Assembly: GCA_030390025.1 (NCBI GenBank)
Contig: JASTWF010000034.1
Coordinates: forward strand, 3,224,001-3,288,000
Source: Squalus acanthias
Taxonomy: Eukaryota
Direction of reading: 5' to 3'
Length of the DNA stretch: 64,000 bases
Positions 62,111 to 64,000 of the stretch are shown here, in pieces; within the stretch, counting starts at the first letter, position 1; every line of letters starts with the position of its first letter. The translations under genes were made by a program, and so were the position numbers. A model generated the notes under the pieces. That model was not told the origin of the DNA. It worked only from the letters and a program-made list of their open reading frames with translations, and ran no database searches.

Positions 62111-62577
62111 TCTGACAGTGTCAGCTGTGGCTCAGTAGGTAGCACACTCGCCTCTCAGTCAGAGGTTGTGGGTTCCAAGCTCCAGGGACTTGAGCCCATA
62201 AATCTAGGCTGACACTCCCGTGCAGTACTGAGGGAGTGCTGCACTGTCAGAGGTGCCGTCTTTCAGATGAGATGTTAAACCGTGGCCCCGTCTGCTCTCT
62301 CAGGTGGACGTAAAATATCCCATTGCACTAGTTTGAAGAAAAGTAGTGGAGTTATCCCCGGTATCCTGGCCAATATTTATCCCTCAATCAACATAACAAA
62401 AACAGTTTATCTGATCATTATCACATTGCTGTTTATAGGAGTTTGCTTTCCGCAAATTGCCTGCGGCATTTCTCATATTACAACAATGACTACACTCCAA
62501 AAGTATTCATTGACTGTAAAACGCTTCGAGATGTCTGGTGATCGTGAAAGGCGCTGTATAAATGTAAGTTTTTCTTT
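62111..62577 (+). mobile_element. tRNA-derived SINE, DeuSINE/SacSINE1-like
   Basis: A box TGGCTCAGTAGG, B-box-like GGTTCCAAGC, central CCCCGGTATCCTGGCCAA, tail GTGAAAGGCGCTGTATAAATGTAAG; TATCT on both sides. Confidence 0.75.
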
Positions 62578-62689
62578 TATCTTAGACCTTACAATAGCAA
62601 AACACTGCGGATGCTGAAAATCTGAAATAACAACAGAAAATGCTGGAAAAACTCAGCAGGTCAGGCAGCATTCGTGGAGAGACAAACAG

Positions 62690-62726
62690 AGTTAACGTTT
62701 CAGATCGATGACCCTTCGTCAGAACT
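62690..62726 (-). ncRNA. Minimal hammerhead motif, family 2
   Basis: AGTT CTGACGA A GGGTC-ATC-GATCT GAAA CGTT AACT, with the AACGTT palindrome intact. Confidence 0.78.
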
Positions 62727-63108
62727 GGAGAAGTTTAGAGAGGTAACAGGTTTTAAGCAGGTGTAGGGGCAGGGTAAGGCGGGCGGGGGGGTGGGGAGAG
62801 GAAATAATAAAAGGGTCGGCCTGTGAATAGAAAGATGAGGTGTTGTTCCTCGAGCTTACGTTGTAAGAGGCCGAGGACAGAGAGGTCAGAGTGGGAGTGG
62901 AGCGCTTGTCACTTTAATTCTCCGCTCCACTCCCACTCTGACTGCAGCTCAGGCGGCAGCTGTTGATGATTCTGCCATCCCTATTTGCAACATTTAACCA
63001 CTCCTGCCTTCCACCCTATCATAGACCGTCCCTTTTGTTATTTCCTCCCCTCCCTCCTTTCACTGCCCCTGCACCTGGTTAAAATCTGTTGCATCTCTAA
63101 CTTTTTCC

Positions 63109-63145
63109 AGTTCTGACGAAGGGTCACAGACCTGAAACATTAACT
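63109..63145 (+). ncRNA. Minimal hammerhead motif, family 2
   Basis: AGTT CTGACGA A GGGTC-ACA-GACCT GAAA CATT AACT. Confidence 0.72.
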
Positions 63146-64000
63146 CTGATTCTCTCTCCACGGATGCTGCCTGACCTACTGAGTGTTTCCAGCATTTTCT
63201 GTTTCTATCTTAGACCTTCTTGGATTCTCTCTTATTCTGACTCCACCTAACACCGTACTTTTCCTTAATCAACTGTTATCTGTCTCTCCCAATCCTTTGT
63301 GCACCTTGTTTCTCCTTTCTAATGCCACATCCTGGTGCCCATTCCCCTGGCAGATTAGTTTAAACCCTCCCCAACAGTATTAGCAAACCTCCCCGCCCCC
63401 ATGAGGATATTGCTCCCAGCTCTGTTGAGGTGCCATCCGACCGGCCTCTACAGGTCCCATCTCCCCAGAACCTGTCCCAATGTCCCAAGAATCTAAAGCC
63501 TTCCCTCCTGCACCATATCTCCAGCCACACAATCATCTGCTCTATCCTTCTATTTCTATAATCACCAGCTGGTGGCACCGGGAGTAATCTGGAGATTACT
63601 ACCGTCGAGGTCCTGCTTCTTAATTTCTTTCCTAGCTCCCTATAATCTGCCCGCAGGATCACATCCCTCTCTCTACCTATGTTGTTGATACCGATACCTC
63701 CCCCCTCAGAATGTCCTGCAGCCACTAAGTGACATCCTTGACCCTGGCACCAGGGAGGCTACATATCGTCTTGGAGTCACTTCTGTGGCCGGAGAAAGGC
63801 TTGTCTGTTCTCCTAACTAATCGAATGTCCTATCATTGTTGCTTTCCCGATCTTCCTCCTCCCCCGACCTACAACTGAGCCCCGCGTGGTGCCGTGGATT
63901 TGGCTTGGGCTGCACTCCCCAGAGGGAACATCGAACATTAGAGAGTGAGATGCACTCAGTACACTCCTGCACTAACTGCATAGTCCTCCTTGTCTGTCTG

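Larger units (their letters stand above)
62591..63205. mobile_element. Palindromic PLE family-2 insertion with a 13-bp TSD
   Basis: Minus-strand tail at left, plus-strand tail at right; TATCTTAGACCTT at 62578-62590 and 63206-63218. Confidence 0.82.
59848..64000 (-). mobile_element. CR1 LINE 5'/middle part (ORF1 esterase, ORF2 APE), carrying three nested insertions
   Basis: FRFLGHWDRFWG (ORF1); MGDFN, GKSDH, KSPGADRMHPR (ORF2). Confidence 0.88.

Noticed and set aside
62117..62200. tRNA gene (also ~54395-54480)
   Set aside because: A and B boxes without a full cloverleaf, continuing into a SINE body and tail.

Overview
Eukaryotic, repeat-dominated genomic DNA, most likely from a cartilaginous fish (inferred from the CR1/HER1-type LINEs, DeuSINE-type SINE, Penelope tails and a GPR139-like receptor). 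It contains no prokaryotic genes or CRISPR array. From left to right: a ~52-bp satellite (1-5238); a decayed, internally deleted endogenous retrovirus on the minus strand (5239-11139) with a tRNA-Ser PBS, gamma-type env and small accessory-like ORFs on both sides of env; a second, unrelated LTR with a tRNA-Lys-like PBS; segmentally duplicated blocks containing CR1/L2 fragments and a 5'-truncated Penelope-like element (PLE; RT C-terminus plus GIY-YIG); a near full-length CR1 LINE; 25-bp and 67/65-bp tandem repeats; a near-identical 3 x 3685-bp macrosatellite in which each unit holds a ~560-bp-arm PLE palindrome with minimal hammerhead motifs on both strands; a ~32-bp minisatellite with a solo LTR; a 27-bp CpG-rich array of YY1-like motifs; the intact large coding exon of a GPR139-like class A GPCR (the only host gene seen); and a CR1 carrying a nested MITE, a SINE and a second PLE palindrome. 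The most notable items are the recurrent palindromic, hammerhead-bearing PLE insertions amplified in a macrosatellite, the complex-retrovirus-like ORFs and the YY1-motif array. All alignments were made by eye and boundaries are approximate unless a junction is quoted.
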